64,000 bases of DNA from an uncultured Clostridia bacterium (GTDB taxonomy: Bacteria; Bacillota; Clostridia; TANB77; CAG-508): the NCBI GenBank assembly GCA_934177485.1, contig CAKPPF010000004.1, positions 10,916 to 74,915 on the forward strand. The letters are read 5' to 3'. The notes beneath the pieces are model-generated. The model saw only the letters and a program-made list of their open reading frames with translations, did no database searches and was not told where the DNA came from. Within the stretch, counting starts at the first letter, position 1; the number at the start of each line of letters is the position of its first letter. The position numbers and the translations under genes were made by a program. Positions 9,844 through 20,268 of the stretch are shown piece by piece.

Positions 9844-10566
9844 ATGAGAAAATACTTAATTGATGCCTCTATTGTTTGTGGATCATTATCTGATTTTCGC
9901 GACCGGTTTTGTTTTTCAGATAGTATTTTAATTATGTCTGATAAAACACTTTTTGAACTTGAAAAAGTTAAAAAGAAAGATTTAGAAGAGTGTGATAATG
10001 TCTCTAGAATTTTTGTACGTTTTCTTATTGACTATTTTGCTAGAAATGTCAATTTGACTGAAGTTTTCACTCTTGAGACAAGAGCAAACCAAAATCACAT
10101 AGATTATGATTTAGTGGATTATGCACGAATGCAAAATTGGTCAGTAATAACTGCCGATAAAGGTATGGCACTTTATGCCAGAATGAAGCATGTCGAGTAT
10201 GTGTTAATTGAACCGCGTTATTTCAAAGAGTTTAAGTTATATAATAACAAACAAGGTAAAGTACTTGTTAATGTATACGATTTGAATTCCGATGACACAG
10301 TATTTGTAAGTGTAAACTCTACCCATTTTAAGAGTCCTAATTTTGATGGAAATATCCAAGTAGACGAAGGTAATCATGTTTTTCATATGCATTCTTCAAA
10401 ATTATACGGAATTTGTGAAGTTGATGAATATATATTCACCCATAACAATTTCGAGCTTTTTAAGACAGTTGGTTTCAATACTAAATCTGAGATTTTTGAG
10501 AATAGCGAAGAAGATTATGAAAGGATCTTCAATAAATGGGAAAAAAATAAATCCTATTCAAATTAA
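9844..10566 (+). CDS. orphan protein with an N-terminal PIN-like nuclease domain and an unassigned C-terminal domain
   Basis: 240-aa ORF after RBS AAGGAGAA. Acidic residues follow a PIN-like order: D7 (YLIDAS), E38/E40 (LFELEK), D87/D89 (IDYDLVDYA), D105 (VITADKG). It uses codons such as CGC, CGG and CCG that are rare in flanking genes. Confidence 0.6.
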   Translation: MRKYLIDASIVCGSLSDFRDRFCFSDSILIMSDKTLFELEKVKKKDLEECDNVSRIFVRFLIDYFARNVNLTEVFTLETRANQNHIDYDLVDYARMQNWSVITADKGMALYARMKHVEYVLIEPRYFKEFKLYNNKQGKVLVNVYDLNSDDTVFVSVNSTHFKSPNFDGNIQVDEGNHVFHMHSSKLYGICEVDEYIFTHNNFELFKTVGFNTKSEIFENSEEDYERIFNKWEKNKSYSN

Positions 10567-10606
10567 TCACTTTTAAAATCAAAACTTCATCTTAACTTCC
10601 AGCCGA

Positions 10607-10640
10607 ACGAGTCTGTTTATGCAGACTCGTTTTTCATTTT
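10607..10640 (+). terminator. intrinsic terminator of the PIN-like gene
   Basis: ACGAGTCTG-TTTATG-CAGACTCGT followed by TTTTCATTTTT. Confidence 0.75.
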
Positions 10641-10655
10641 TATATAATCAATTGT

Positions 10656-11300
10656 TTACAAAATATCCTTGTATGATGTTACTGGTATTGCACCTTCTTT
10701 TATTAAAAAATTAGTACCATCACTTGTTTTAGAATAAATACTTCCTGGTATTACAAATACATCTTTTCCTTGTTCTAAAGCAAAATCAACCGTGATATTA
10801 GTTCCGCTTTTTTCTTTTGCTTCTATTACTAGTACGCCGTCTGATAATCCACTAATTATTCTATTTCTTGTAGGAAAGTGTTGCTTTTGTGGTTTTGTGC
10901 CTAAAGGATATTCACTAATAATTAGTCCATCATTTTCTATTATTTTATTAAATAAATAGGTGTTTTCTTTAGGATAAATAACATTCAAACCAGATCCTAG
11001 AACAGCAATTGTTTTTCCATTTGCAGCTAAACAAGAAGTGTGAGCTATGCTATCAATGCCTTTGGCAAATCCACTTACGACACATATATCTTCCTTAGCC
11101 AAGCTATATGCAAATTCTCTTGTTGCTCTTTCTCCATACTTACTAAATCTCCTAGAACCAATTATTGCAATATTTTTATCATAATTTAATAAACTCATAT
11201 TTCCTAAGCAAAATATGCTTTTAGGTGGGTTAATAATATGCCTCAACCTTTCTGGGTAATACTTACTTTTCATATTAACCTCAATAACATTATACTTCAT
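10656..11300 (-). CDS. dprA: DNA-processing protein DprA (minimal, Rossmann-fold domain only)
   Basis: Motifs IIGSRRFSKYG, SGFAKGIDS and PTRNRIISGLS. Start set at ATG 11300 after GGAGAAAAAA. The ORF-track N-terminal extension runs through a repeat element. Confidence 0.85.
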   Translation of the reverse strand: MKYNVIEVNMKSKYYPERLRHIINPPKSIFCLGNMSLLNYDKNIAIIGSRRFSKYGERATREFAYSLAKEDICVVSGFAKGIDSIAHTSCLAANGKTIAVLGSGLNVIYPKENTYLFNKIIENDGLIISEYPLGTKPQKQHFPTRNRIISGLSDGVLVIEAKEKSGTNITVDFALEQGKDVFVIPGSIYSKTSDGTNFLIKEGAIPVTSYKDIL

Positions 11301-11340
11301 ATTTTTTCTCCTTTTCCTTAATATTTCTCTAAAATGTTCT

Positions 11341-11476
11341 AAGAAAAGTGGCTTCGCCACACTTTTCTTCTCGCCGATTTGAGTTTCCGAATGAAATAAG
11401 GAAACCTCAAAGGCAATAGCGATTATAGCATTTTTTGTTGAATATAAAAATCTTTGATTTTTTCTATTCAACAAAA
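11341..11476 (+). repeat. intergenic repeat, unit A (hairpin - conserved core - hairpin)
   Basis: Almost identical by eye to 30501-30636. Hairpins lie at 11344-11366 and 11435-11474. Confidence 0.85.
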
Positions 11477-11499
11477 AGGGAGCGTGTGTTTACGCTCCC
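11473..11499 (-). terminator. intrinsic terminator after folD
   Basis: GGGAGCGT-GTGTTT-ACGCTCCC hairpin followed by a U-run on the minus strand. Confidence 0.7.
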
Positions 11500-11524
11500 T
11501 TTTAATTTCCCCTTTATTTAGTTT

Positions 11525-12367
11525 TTATTGTTGTTTTGCTGCTTTTACAACATTGTACATTAGCATTGCTATTGTCATTGGTCCAACTCCTCCTGGAACT
11601 GGAGTTATATAACTTGCCTTTTCTTTTATGTTTTCAAAATCTGTGTCTCCTACTAACTTACCATCATCCATTCTGTTAATCCCTACATCTATTACTGTTG
11701 CTCCTTCTTTTACCATATCTTCTGTTACAAATTTAGGTTTTCCTATTGCAGCAACTAATATGTCTGCTTTGCTTGTTATTTCTTTTAAGTTTTTAGTTTT
11801 TGAATGGCATACAGTTACAGTTGCATTTTTATTTAGTAAACATTTTGCAAGCGGTTTTCCAACTATGTTGCTTCTTCCAATTACCACCGCATTAGCTCCT
11901 TCTATAGGTATATTATATGTTTCTAGCATTTTTATAATTCCAAATGGTGTACATGATACAAAACAATCTTGATTTAAGCTTAGTTTTCCAATATTTATTG
12001 GATTGAAACCATCTACATCCTTTTTAGGAGATATTTTTCTAAATGCCTCATTTGCATCTAGTCCAACTGGAAGTGGACTTTGTACTAATATTCCATGAAT
12101 TGTTTCGTCATTATTTAGTTTTTCTATTAGTTCCAATAATTCATCCATTTTAGTATTTGCTGGTAGTAAATATTCCTCATAGTCAATTCCAATTTCCTGA
12201 CATGCTTTGCTTTTGTTTTTTACATATATTTTTGAAGCTTTATCGTCTCCTACCATTACTACGGCAAGTTTTGGATTTATATCTGCTTTTTTTAGTTCAA
12301 CAACTTCTTCTTTTAATTTTAATCTTATGTTTTTTGCTAATTCTTTTCCATCTATAATTTTCGACAT
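11525..12367 (-). CDS. folD: bifunctional methylenetetrahydrofolate dehydrogenase/cyclohydrolase
   Basis: Motifs GILVQSPLP, VIGRSNIVGKP and PVPGGVGPMT. Confidence 0.95.
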   Translation of the reverse strand: MSKIIDGKELAKNIRLKLKEEVVELKKADINPKLAVVMVGDDKASKIYVKNKSKACQEIGIDYEEYLLPANTKMDELLELIEKLNNDETIHGILVQSPLPVGLDANEAFRKISPKKDVDGFNPINIGKLSLNQDCFVSCTPFGIIKMLETYNIPIEGANAVVIGRSNIVGKPLAKCLLNKNATVTVCHSKTKNLKEITSKADILVAAIGKPKFVTEDMVKEGATVIDVGINRMDDGKLVGDTDFENIKEKASYITPVPGGVGPMTIAMLMYNVVKAAKQQ

Positions 12368-12478
12368 AATTCTCTCCCATTTCTATTTCAAATATATTCT
12401 ATATAATATTTAATTTATTTTCAATAGTTTTTATATAAATTTAATAGAAAAAGAAAAGTAAATTCAATTACTTTTCTC

Positions 12479-13336
12479 TTACTTGCAATCTTCAACTTTT
12501 TTTATTTTTTCTTCCAATAACTCTGGTTTCTTTAAATACCTATTAAACATTTTTACAGAACTTGCAAAGTAGTATCCATCGCATATTCTTTCATCACACA
12601 CAAAGGCTAATGAAATACATTTTTCTTCTTTGAATGTATCATCATCATACAAGAAACTTTTTTTCTTTTTTCCCATTGCTAAAAAAAGTCCTGTAGTTCC
12701 AAAATCATATAAATGATGGTAAATTGCATCTATTCCTAAAGATGCCACATTAGTTAAAAATGCACTAGTATGAAATGGACTAGCTTTTAAAATAAATTTA
12801 GGTAGCATTCCATGTTTGTCCAAAAACATTATAACACTAATGGCAAATTTTAATAAAAAGTTAGGAACTAAAGAAAGTGCTGTTGCAACAATATCAGTAT
12901 CATTTTCCTTAGATATTTCTTTATTTTCGCTAATTACGCTACCAAGTTTTTCTTTTATTTCAAATATATTTTCTTCTCCACAAAATGGTAATTTTATTGT
13001 GGTTTCTATTCCATCATCAGATAAGTTCTTCTTTATTGCAAGAGATATGTAAATTTCTTTTCTTGCATATGTTCTGCCATTCATAACAAACCTATTAAGT
13101 CTTGGTCTTTGTGCAATAAGTCTTACAAGTGCTGAATATATAATATCCATATATGTAATTTTTATATTCTCTTCAGCTTTCCTATTTATATAATTATCCA
13201 TTTCTTTTATTGGCATATCATAATTATAATAAACTTGTGAATCGCTTCTTGTCCTCATGACCTGAGGAATAATCTTAAAAAAAGGTGGAATATTTTTTAC
13301 CTTTCTTCCATCCGTTCTGTATCCAAACATAAACAT
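12479..13336 (-). CDS. 2-oxoacid dehydrogenase E2 / CAT-like acyltransferase family protein
   Basis: C-terminal DERICDGYYFA resembles the catalytic HxxxDG-type region of the CAT/E2 fold. Assignment rests on resemblance only. Confidence 0.5.
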   Translation of the reverse strand: MFMFGYRTDGRKVKNIPPFFKIIPQVMRTRSDSQVYYNYDMPIKEMDNYINRKAEENIKITYMDIIYSALVRLIAQRPRLNRFVMNGRTYARKEIYISLAIKKNLSDDGIETTIKLPFCGEENIFEIKEKLGSVISENKEISKENDTDIVATALSLVPNFLLKFAISVIMFLDKHGMLPKFILKASPFHTSAFLTNVASLGIDAIYHHLYDFGTTGLFLAMGKKKKSFLYDDDTFKEEKCISLAFVCDERICDGYYFASSVKMFNRYLKKPELLEEKIKKVEDCK

Positions 13337-13414
13337 CCTCCAATTATTTAATATAAATATTATACACCTTCATAAGACAAATTTCAACAAAAATATTTTG
13401 TTTTATCCTTATAG

Positions 13415-14176
13415 TTAAATTCTTTGTAAGAGTTTTTTAAATAAGTCAACATTTTTTGACTTTTTGCCTGAGCAATAATACTCAATTTTAAGCTCATTAT
13501 TGCCTAATAATTTTTCTGTTGTTAATACATCTTTTAGTCTATTAGCAACACCTTGACTACCATCTATTATATTTACACTATCAGGTATTACATTTCTTAT
13601 TTCTTCTTTAAAGAATGGAAAATGTGTACATCCAAGTACAAGTTCTGAATATTTTTCCAGGTCGAAATCTTTTAATTGACTAATTAGATATTCTGTAACT
13701 TTATTTGAATCGAATTCTCCAGCCTCTGCAAATTCCACAAGTTTTGGCATTGCAATTAAATCTACATTGCTTTCTGCATTAAGCCCATTTACTAAGTTAT
13801 GAAGTTTTTCTTCTCTAATTGTAATTGGAGTAGCCATAACTAATACTTTTTTATTACATCTATTTTCAATAGCAGGTTTAACAGCTGGTTCTATTCCTAT
13901 TATTGGTAATGAATATTCATTTCTTAGATCTTTTATTGCTATACTAGTTGCTGTGTTACATGCTATTACAATTACTTTTACATTATTTTTTATTAAAAAC
14001 TCTACTGCTTCTTTTACATATTTTTTTACATCTTCTTTAGGTTTTGTTCCATATGGCACGTTGTCTGTATCAGCATAGTATATGTATTTTTCATTAGGTA
14101 ATACTTTTATTATTTTTTTTAATACTGTAAGTCCACCTATTCCAGAATCAAATACTCCTATTGGTTTATTGTTCAT
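13415..14176 (-). CDS. murI: glutamate racemase
   Basis: Motifs GVFDSGIGGLTV, IACNTAT and LGCTHFP. Confidence 0.95.
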   Translation of the reverse strand: MNNKPIGVFDSGIGGLTVLKKIIKVLPNEKYIYYADTDNVPYGTKPKEDVKKYVKEAVEFLIKNNVKVIVIACNTATSIAIKDLRNEYSLPIIGIEPAVKPAIENRCNKKVLVMATPITIREEKLHNLVNGLNAESNVDLIAMPKLVEFAEAGEFDSNKVTEYLISQLKDFDLEKYSELVLGCTHFPFFKEEIRNVIPDSVNIIDGSQGVANRLKDVLTTEKLLGNNELKIEYYCSGKKSKNVDLFKKLLQRI

Positions 14177-14241
14177 AAATATCTCCTATATTTTAATACT
14201 TTTTATATTTTATATATATCAATTCTGTTTGTCAATGTTAT

Positions 14242-14742
14242 TTACCATATTCCAATGTCTATTATGTGTAAAAATCTAATACTTTCAAAATTATATTCTG
14301 CCACACTTTTGTGATAAGCATCTTCAGTGTGAGTAGCAACAAAGACTTTTTTTAGTTCATTTCCATTTTTAGCTACAACAATTAAGCTATGAGAAAATCT
14401 TTCCATAGTATTAAATTTTAGTTGAATTAAATCTCCTATTTGTAAATCTCCTATTTCTTTTATTTCTCTAGCTCTGGGGCCAACTCCTTTATTGTTTATT
14501 AAAAAATCATGTAAAAACTCTACTCCAGACCATGATGGTGCTCTATTATTTAAATTGTTGTAGTACCACCCAATATATTTTTTGTAATTCATAATTTTAC
14601 TTCCAGCATAAATACATTGTGATGCAAACGAAGTACAATCTCCACCAAGTTCATTAAAATTATAATATCGTGGATTTCTTCTATATGCCCATTTTTCTGC
14701 ATATTCTACTGCTTCGTTTCTGTTATATTCTCTCGTTTTCAA
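14242..14742 (-). CDS. putative amidase-domain (papain-like Cys peptidase fold) protein
   Basis: NRNEAVEYAEKWA...YNFNELGGDCTSFASQCIYAG resembles the 'putative amidase domain' family. Confidence 0.6.
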   Translation of the reverse strand: MKTREYNRNEAVEYAEKWAYRRNPRYYNFNELGGDCTSFASQCIYAGSKIMNYKKYIGWYYNNLNNRAPSWSGVEFLHDFLINNKGVGPRAREIKEIGDLQIGDLIQLKFNTMERFSHSLIVVAKNGNELKKVFVATHTEDAYHKSVAEYNFESIRFLHIIDIGIW

Positions 14743-14791
14743 AAAAGATCACCCAATTTAATTATATTTAGGTGATCTTTTTATAATAACA

Positions 14792-15661
14792 TTATTTATT
14801 TAATAGTTCATTAACAAAATCGTTATCATTATATACTGTAATAGCTTTAGGTATTATATCTATTACAAATTTTTTATCTGTTAATCTTTCTCCATCTACA
14901 TTAAATGTTATTTCTTTTTCGATTTCTATTTCAACATGATTTGTTCTAAACTTATGTACTTTTTTCTTACCCTCATGTTTTCCATTTTTTAGTTTAAGCA
15001 AAAGTTTTATTATTCTAAATCTAGACATTTTATCAATAAAATAAACATCTAGCAGTCCATCTGTCAATTGTGATTTAGGTGCTATTTTATATCCTCCACC
15101 ATAATACGCTCCATTACATATGCTTATTGTAGAATACTTAGCTGAAATATTTTTTATATTAGTTTTAAATATAGCTTTGTTAAACTTATAATTTAAAAAT
15201 GTATATATTATACTCGCTGTATATAAGTGTTTTGTAGGTATTTTTGTATTTCTAAGTTTGTCTATATTATTTGCTACTTCAGCATCAAGTCCAGCACATG
15301 CAACATTAATAAAATATGTGTTATTTATTTTTCCTAGGTCAATTATATTTTCTCCATAAGGAAGTGTTTTTATGGCTTTATAAGTATCATTTCCTGAGCC
15401 TGATGGTATAATAGCAAGTTTATTTTTTGTTCCAATTATTCCTGGTATTGTTCTTGTTAATGTTCCATCTCCGCCGACAACATATATAACGTTTTCTTCA
15501 TTCTTATATTCTTTTACAATATCTACTCCGCTTACTTTTTCAGTTATATATCTTATCTCATATTTTATATTTCTATTTTTACATACTTTTTTTATGTTTG
15601 GCAAGATTTCTTTATATTTTCCTCTACCTGCAATAGCATTAATAACAAATATATACTTCAT
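14792..15661 (-). CDS. diacylglycerol kinase-family lipid kinase
   Basis: VVGGDGT motif and YegS/DagK-like length; adjacent to plsC. Confidence 0.85.
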   Translation of the reverse strand: MKYIFVINAIAGRGKYKEILPNIKKVCKNRNIKYEIRYITEKVSGVDIVKEYKNEENVIYVVGGDGTLTRTIPGIIGTKNKLAIIPSGSGNDTYKAIKTLPYGENIIDLGKINNTYFINVACAGLDAEVANNIDKLRNTKIPTKHLYTASIIYTFLNYKFNKAIFKTNIKNISAKYSTISICNGAYYGGGYKIAPKSQLTDGLLDVYFIDKMSRFRIIKLLLKLKNGKHEGKKKVHKFRTNHVEIEIEKEITFNVDGERLTDKKFVIDIIPKAITVYNDNDFVNELLNK

Positions 15662-15667
15662 AACTAC

Positions 15668-16264
15668 CTACTTTCTAAGTAAATTTAATACTTCATTTTT
15701 TAAATAATCATTTGCTTCTTCTGTTTGCATATTTGTAACATCTATTGTTTTTCCAAACTCTAAAGTTAAATCTTTATTGAATATTTTATATTTTCCTCTT
15801 ATTGCAAACGGCATTATAAGTGTATTAGTTTTTTGTGCCATAACTACAGTTCCATGTTTAAATCTTTGTAGTTCTTCTTTACTTCTGTTTCTGGTTCCTT
15901 CTGGAAATATTCCTATTGTTCCTCCATTTTTTAATATTTTTTCCGCTTCCATTACAGCTTTTACATTCCCTGATTTATTCTTATATACTTTTATTACTCC
16001 TAATGCTTTAAATATTTTTCCGTGTAATCCAAAATACACTTCTTCTTTTGCCATATAATGGACATATCTATTTGTGCACATCATAACCATAACAGGGTCA
16101 AATGCTCTTCTATGATTTCCTGCAAATATCAACGCACCATCTTTAGGGATATTTTCCTTTCCTATTATTTTAGGTCTATATAATATCTTTAATAAAAATG
16201 TGTAAATTAATTTCAAAAAATTATATAAAAATTTATTTTCCTTTTTCATACTTTTTCTCCGCAT
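15668..16264 (-). CDS. plsC: 1-acyl-sn-glycerol-3-phosphate acyltransferase
   Basis: HX4D motif (NHRRAFD) and FPEGTR motif. Confidence 0.85.
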   Translation of the reverse strand: MRRKSMKKENKFLYNFLKLIYTFLLKILYRPKIIGKENIPKDGALIFAGNHRRAFDPVMVMMCTNRYVHYMAKEEVYFGLHGKIFKALGVIKVYKNKSGNVKAVMEAEKILKNGGTIGIFPEGTRNRSKEELQRFKHGTVVMAQKTNTLIMPFAIRGKYKIFNKDLTLEFGKTIDVTNMQTEEANDYLKNEVLNLLRK

Positions 16265-16519
16265 CCTTATTATATCACAGAAACAATGGTATTAAAATAT
16301 TAATTTTATAATATATGTTTATTTAATAACATTTTTAGGAAATCTTCGCATCCCTCAACAACATCCCAATAAGTATTATCAAAATTTCCATAACACACAA
16401 ATAAAACATTTATTTTTATATTATCACCAAATAAATTATATTAAATATTTTTTTGATTTTCAATACATATTTTTTTCTTTTAAAGGAAAACTAAGTCAAA
16501 TTAATAATGAGGTGATTAT

Positions 16520-16945
16520 ATGAAAGAAATGCAAATTTTAAAAGAAATTAATAAGGATGCAAAAATGGGTATGGACTCTCTTAATATGGTAACTGATAAA
16601 GTTCAGGATGATAAATTTAAAAAACTTTTAAATGAACAACATAATGAATATCAAAATATTTTTGACAGAACCCAAGAATTACTTGTACAAAATAAAGAAG
16701 AAATGGTAGATGTTCCATCTATGCAAAAAGTAATGGCTTGGACTGGAATACAGATGAACACTTTAAATGATAAAAGCAACTCTAAGCTTTCAGAACTTTT
16801 AATTCAAGGAAACGATATGGGAGTAATTAAAGGTACAAAATTGTTGCATGAATGTTCGTTTACTACACCTGAAATAAAGAATTTGTTATCAGATTTTGTT
16901 AGATTGCAAGAAAAAAACATTGATGATTTAAAAAAGTTTTTGTAA
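16520..16945 (+). CDS. hypothetical helical protein
   Basis: 141-aa ORF after RBS GAGGTG. Composition suggests an all-helical protein; no motif recognised. Confidence 0.5.
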   Translation: MKEMQILKEINKDAKMGMDSLNMVTDKVQDDKFKKLLNEQHNEYQNIFDRTQELLVQNKEEMVDVPSMQKVMAWTGIQMNTLNDKSNSKLSELLIQGNDMGVIKGTKLLHECSFTTPEIKNLLSDFVRLQEKNIDDLKKFL

Positions 16946-17006
16946 TATTGAATTATTCCTCTTTTATGTTATAATAAGTATAAATTTATATATAGGAGGA
17001 ATAAAT

Positions 17007-17729
17007 ATGAAAAAAAGCACTAAAATTGTTATTGCAATAGTATTAGTAATTGTAATCATTCTAGCTGCAATAGGTGTTAAAGTTATACTAGATTTAAAAC
17101 AAGAGAAGGCTTTAGATGCTGAGTTAGAAAGTGTATATAGTTCTCTTGACAAATATCCTTTAAAATATAATGAACTTGATGAAAAACTAAACAGAACAGT
17201 AACTACTGGCAACTATAAAGATGTTGAGGTTTCTATAAAAGCCTATATTTCTTTTTTCGTTAACTCTGTAAAAGACTTAGATTCTCTATTTGATAGTGAA
17301 GACATAATTAGCGCTTTGTCTGCTGAAAATTATAAAAATGACGGTCCAGAGTTTATTGAAACAAGAAAAAATTTAGCAATAGCTAAAACTGAATTAGAGA
17401 GAATTTCTAATGATTTGTCTAGTTTCTTTACCGAAGAAAAAGCTCTAGAATTTATAGCAGATAAAAATTTAGATAACTATTATCTTGATTTCTATAAAAA
17501 GTATACAATTATACCTGAAAATGATACTGATGGTAATAATGAAATTGCTCAAGCTAAAGAAGATTTGTCAACCTCTTTAGAAGATTTCAAAAAACTTGTA
17601 AGTCAAGAGCAAGATGTTATTGATTTTCTTGTTAAAAATAAAAATAATTGGAAAATTGATGGTGACCAAATTGTTTTCAGTACAGAAAAATTATCTAATG
17701 ATTATAACAAATTAATTTCTGAAATATAG
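17007..17729 (+). CDS. hypothetical membrane-anchored protein
   Basis: 240-aa ORF after AGGAGGA. One N-terminal TM helix (IVIAIVLVIVIILAAIGV), then a helical, charged ectodomain. Confidence 0.5.
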   Translation: MKKSTKIVIAIVLVIVIILAAIGVKVILDLKQEKALDAELESVYSSLDKYPLKYNELDEKLNRTVTTGNYKDVEVSIKAYISFFVNSVKDLDSLFDSEDIISALSAENYKNDGPEFIETRKNLAIAKTELERISNDLSSFFTEEKALEFIADKNLDNYYLDFYKKYTIIPENDTDGNNEIAQAKEDLSTSLEDFKKLVSQEQDVIDFLVKNKNNWKIDGDQIVFSTEKLSNDYNKLISEI

Positions 17730-17755
17730 TGAAAATAGTTTAAGATAATTAAATT

Positions 17756-17842
17756 GGGCAGGCACAAGACCTGCCCTTACATATTTTTAATTTAATATTT
17801 GTTATAAAATGTTATTAGGCAGGTCATACGACCTGCCTTACA
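17756..17842. repeat. two copies of the GGCAGG-N7-CCTGCC-yTACA hairpin module between convergent genes
   Basis: GGGCAGGCACAAGACCTGCCCTTACA at 17756-17781 and GGCAGGTCATACGACCTGCCTTACA at 17818-17842. The same module occurs at 24061 and 31076. Confidence 0.8.
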
Positions 17843-17871
17843 ATTTTCTTCTATGTAATTTAATTATTCTT

Positions 17872-18414
17872 TTATTGTATGTTCTTTACTTTTTTTAAAA
17901 ATATTACTTCCTCAATAATATCCATAACTGCATATATAACCATAATTATTCCTATTGTCATTATTACTGTTCCTGGATTTGCTATTATATATATACCACA
18001 AAGTAGCATTGCTACAGCTATTAATAATATTACAGCCCAAACTCTACTGTCTGAGTCCAATTTTTGTACTTTTAATGCTAGTCCTAATCTCATTGCTCCA
18101 CTGTAAATTATCCATATTCCCACAAATATTCTAAGTAATGTTTCTATCATTCCGCTCCATACTATAACAACAACTCCAAGAAGAATTGTAATTATTCCAT
18201 AAACTAATTCATAGTTATATAAATCATATGAACCTTTCATTTTAAAGTATTCAATTACTTTCATAATTCCAAATAAAATAAAAGCTATTCCTATTAAGTA
18301 TGAAATTATTGTGAATGTTGCATTTGGATTATATGCAATTATTAAACCTATTACTGCAAATGCTAAAGAAGTAATTATAGATGTCCATCCCATTTTTTTC
18401 AAAAATTGTTCCAT
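17872..18414 (-). CDS. DUF308/HdeD-like integral membrane protein
   Basis: 180 aa, about six TM helices with the repeated short-loop pattern typical of the HdeD family. Confidence 0.6.
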   Translation of the reverse strand: MEQFLKKMGWTSIITSLAFAVIGLIIAYNPNATFTIISYLIGIAFILFGIMKVIEYFKMKGSYDLYNYELVYGIITILLGVVVIVWSGMIETLLRIFVGIWIIYSGAMRLGLALKVQKLDSDSRVWAVILLIAVAMLLCGIYIIANPGTVIMTIGIIMVIYAVMDIIEEVIFLKKVKNIQ

Positions 18415-18536
18415 TTTTTATTCCTCCTTTGCTTTTTCTATTATATTTCAGTTTAATTATTTTTTCAATATTTTTTTACTTTTTTGTATTGTAAATTTTA
18501 TGTGTTTTACTTATAATAAATTTGTATTTTATTTAG

Positions 18537-19805
<1,269 letters not shown>

Positions 19806-19827
19806 AGAAAGTCTTAATTGACTTTCT

Positions 19828-20265
19828 TTATTTTTCAAGCATTATTGTAACAGGTCCATCATTTATTAAGTGTACTTTCATATCTGCTGCAAATATCCCA
19901 GTTTGAGTGTTTATTCCATTATCCTTAACTTTTTCTATAATATACTCATACAATTTTTTTGCATATTCCGGTCTAGCTGCTTCAATAAAATCCGGTCTGT
20001 TTCCATGTGATGCATTTCCATACAAGGTAAATTGTGAAACAAGCAAAACTTCTCCATTCACCTGCTTTAAATTCAAGTTCATCTTATCATTTTCATCTGT
20101 AAAAATTCTTAAATTAATTAATTTGTTTACCAAAAAGTCAGCTTCTTTTTCAGTATCTGTATGAGTAATACCAATTAATACTAAATATCCTTTTTGAATT
20201 TTTCCAACAAGTTGCTGATTAACTTCAACACTTGCTTCTTTTACTCTTTGAACTAAAAATCTCAT
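19828..20265 (-). CDS. dtd: D-aminoacyl-tRNA deacylase
   Basis: Motifs MRFLVQRV, SQFTLYG and NDGPVT. Confidence 0.95.
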   Translation of the reverse strand: MRFLVQRVKEASVEVNQQLVGKIQKGYLVLIGITHTDTEKEADFLVNKLINLRIFTDENDKMNLNLKQVNGEVLLVSQFTLYGNASHGNRPDFIEAARPEYAKKLYEYIIEKVKDNGINTQTGIFAADMKVHLINDGPVTIMLEK

Positions 20266-20268
20266 ATA

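Noticed and set aside
11301-11474. N-terminal 58-codon extension of the dprA ORF and the 68-aa ORF at 30497..30703. They share the peptide ...IAIAFE.S.FHSETQIGEKKSVAKPLFL.
   Set aside because: The shared peptide is simply the translation of the intergenic repeat (unit A). dprA has a proper RBS and ATG at 11300, and the 30497 ORF has no RBS and spans hairpins.
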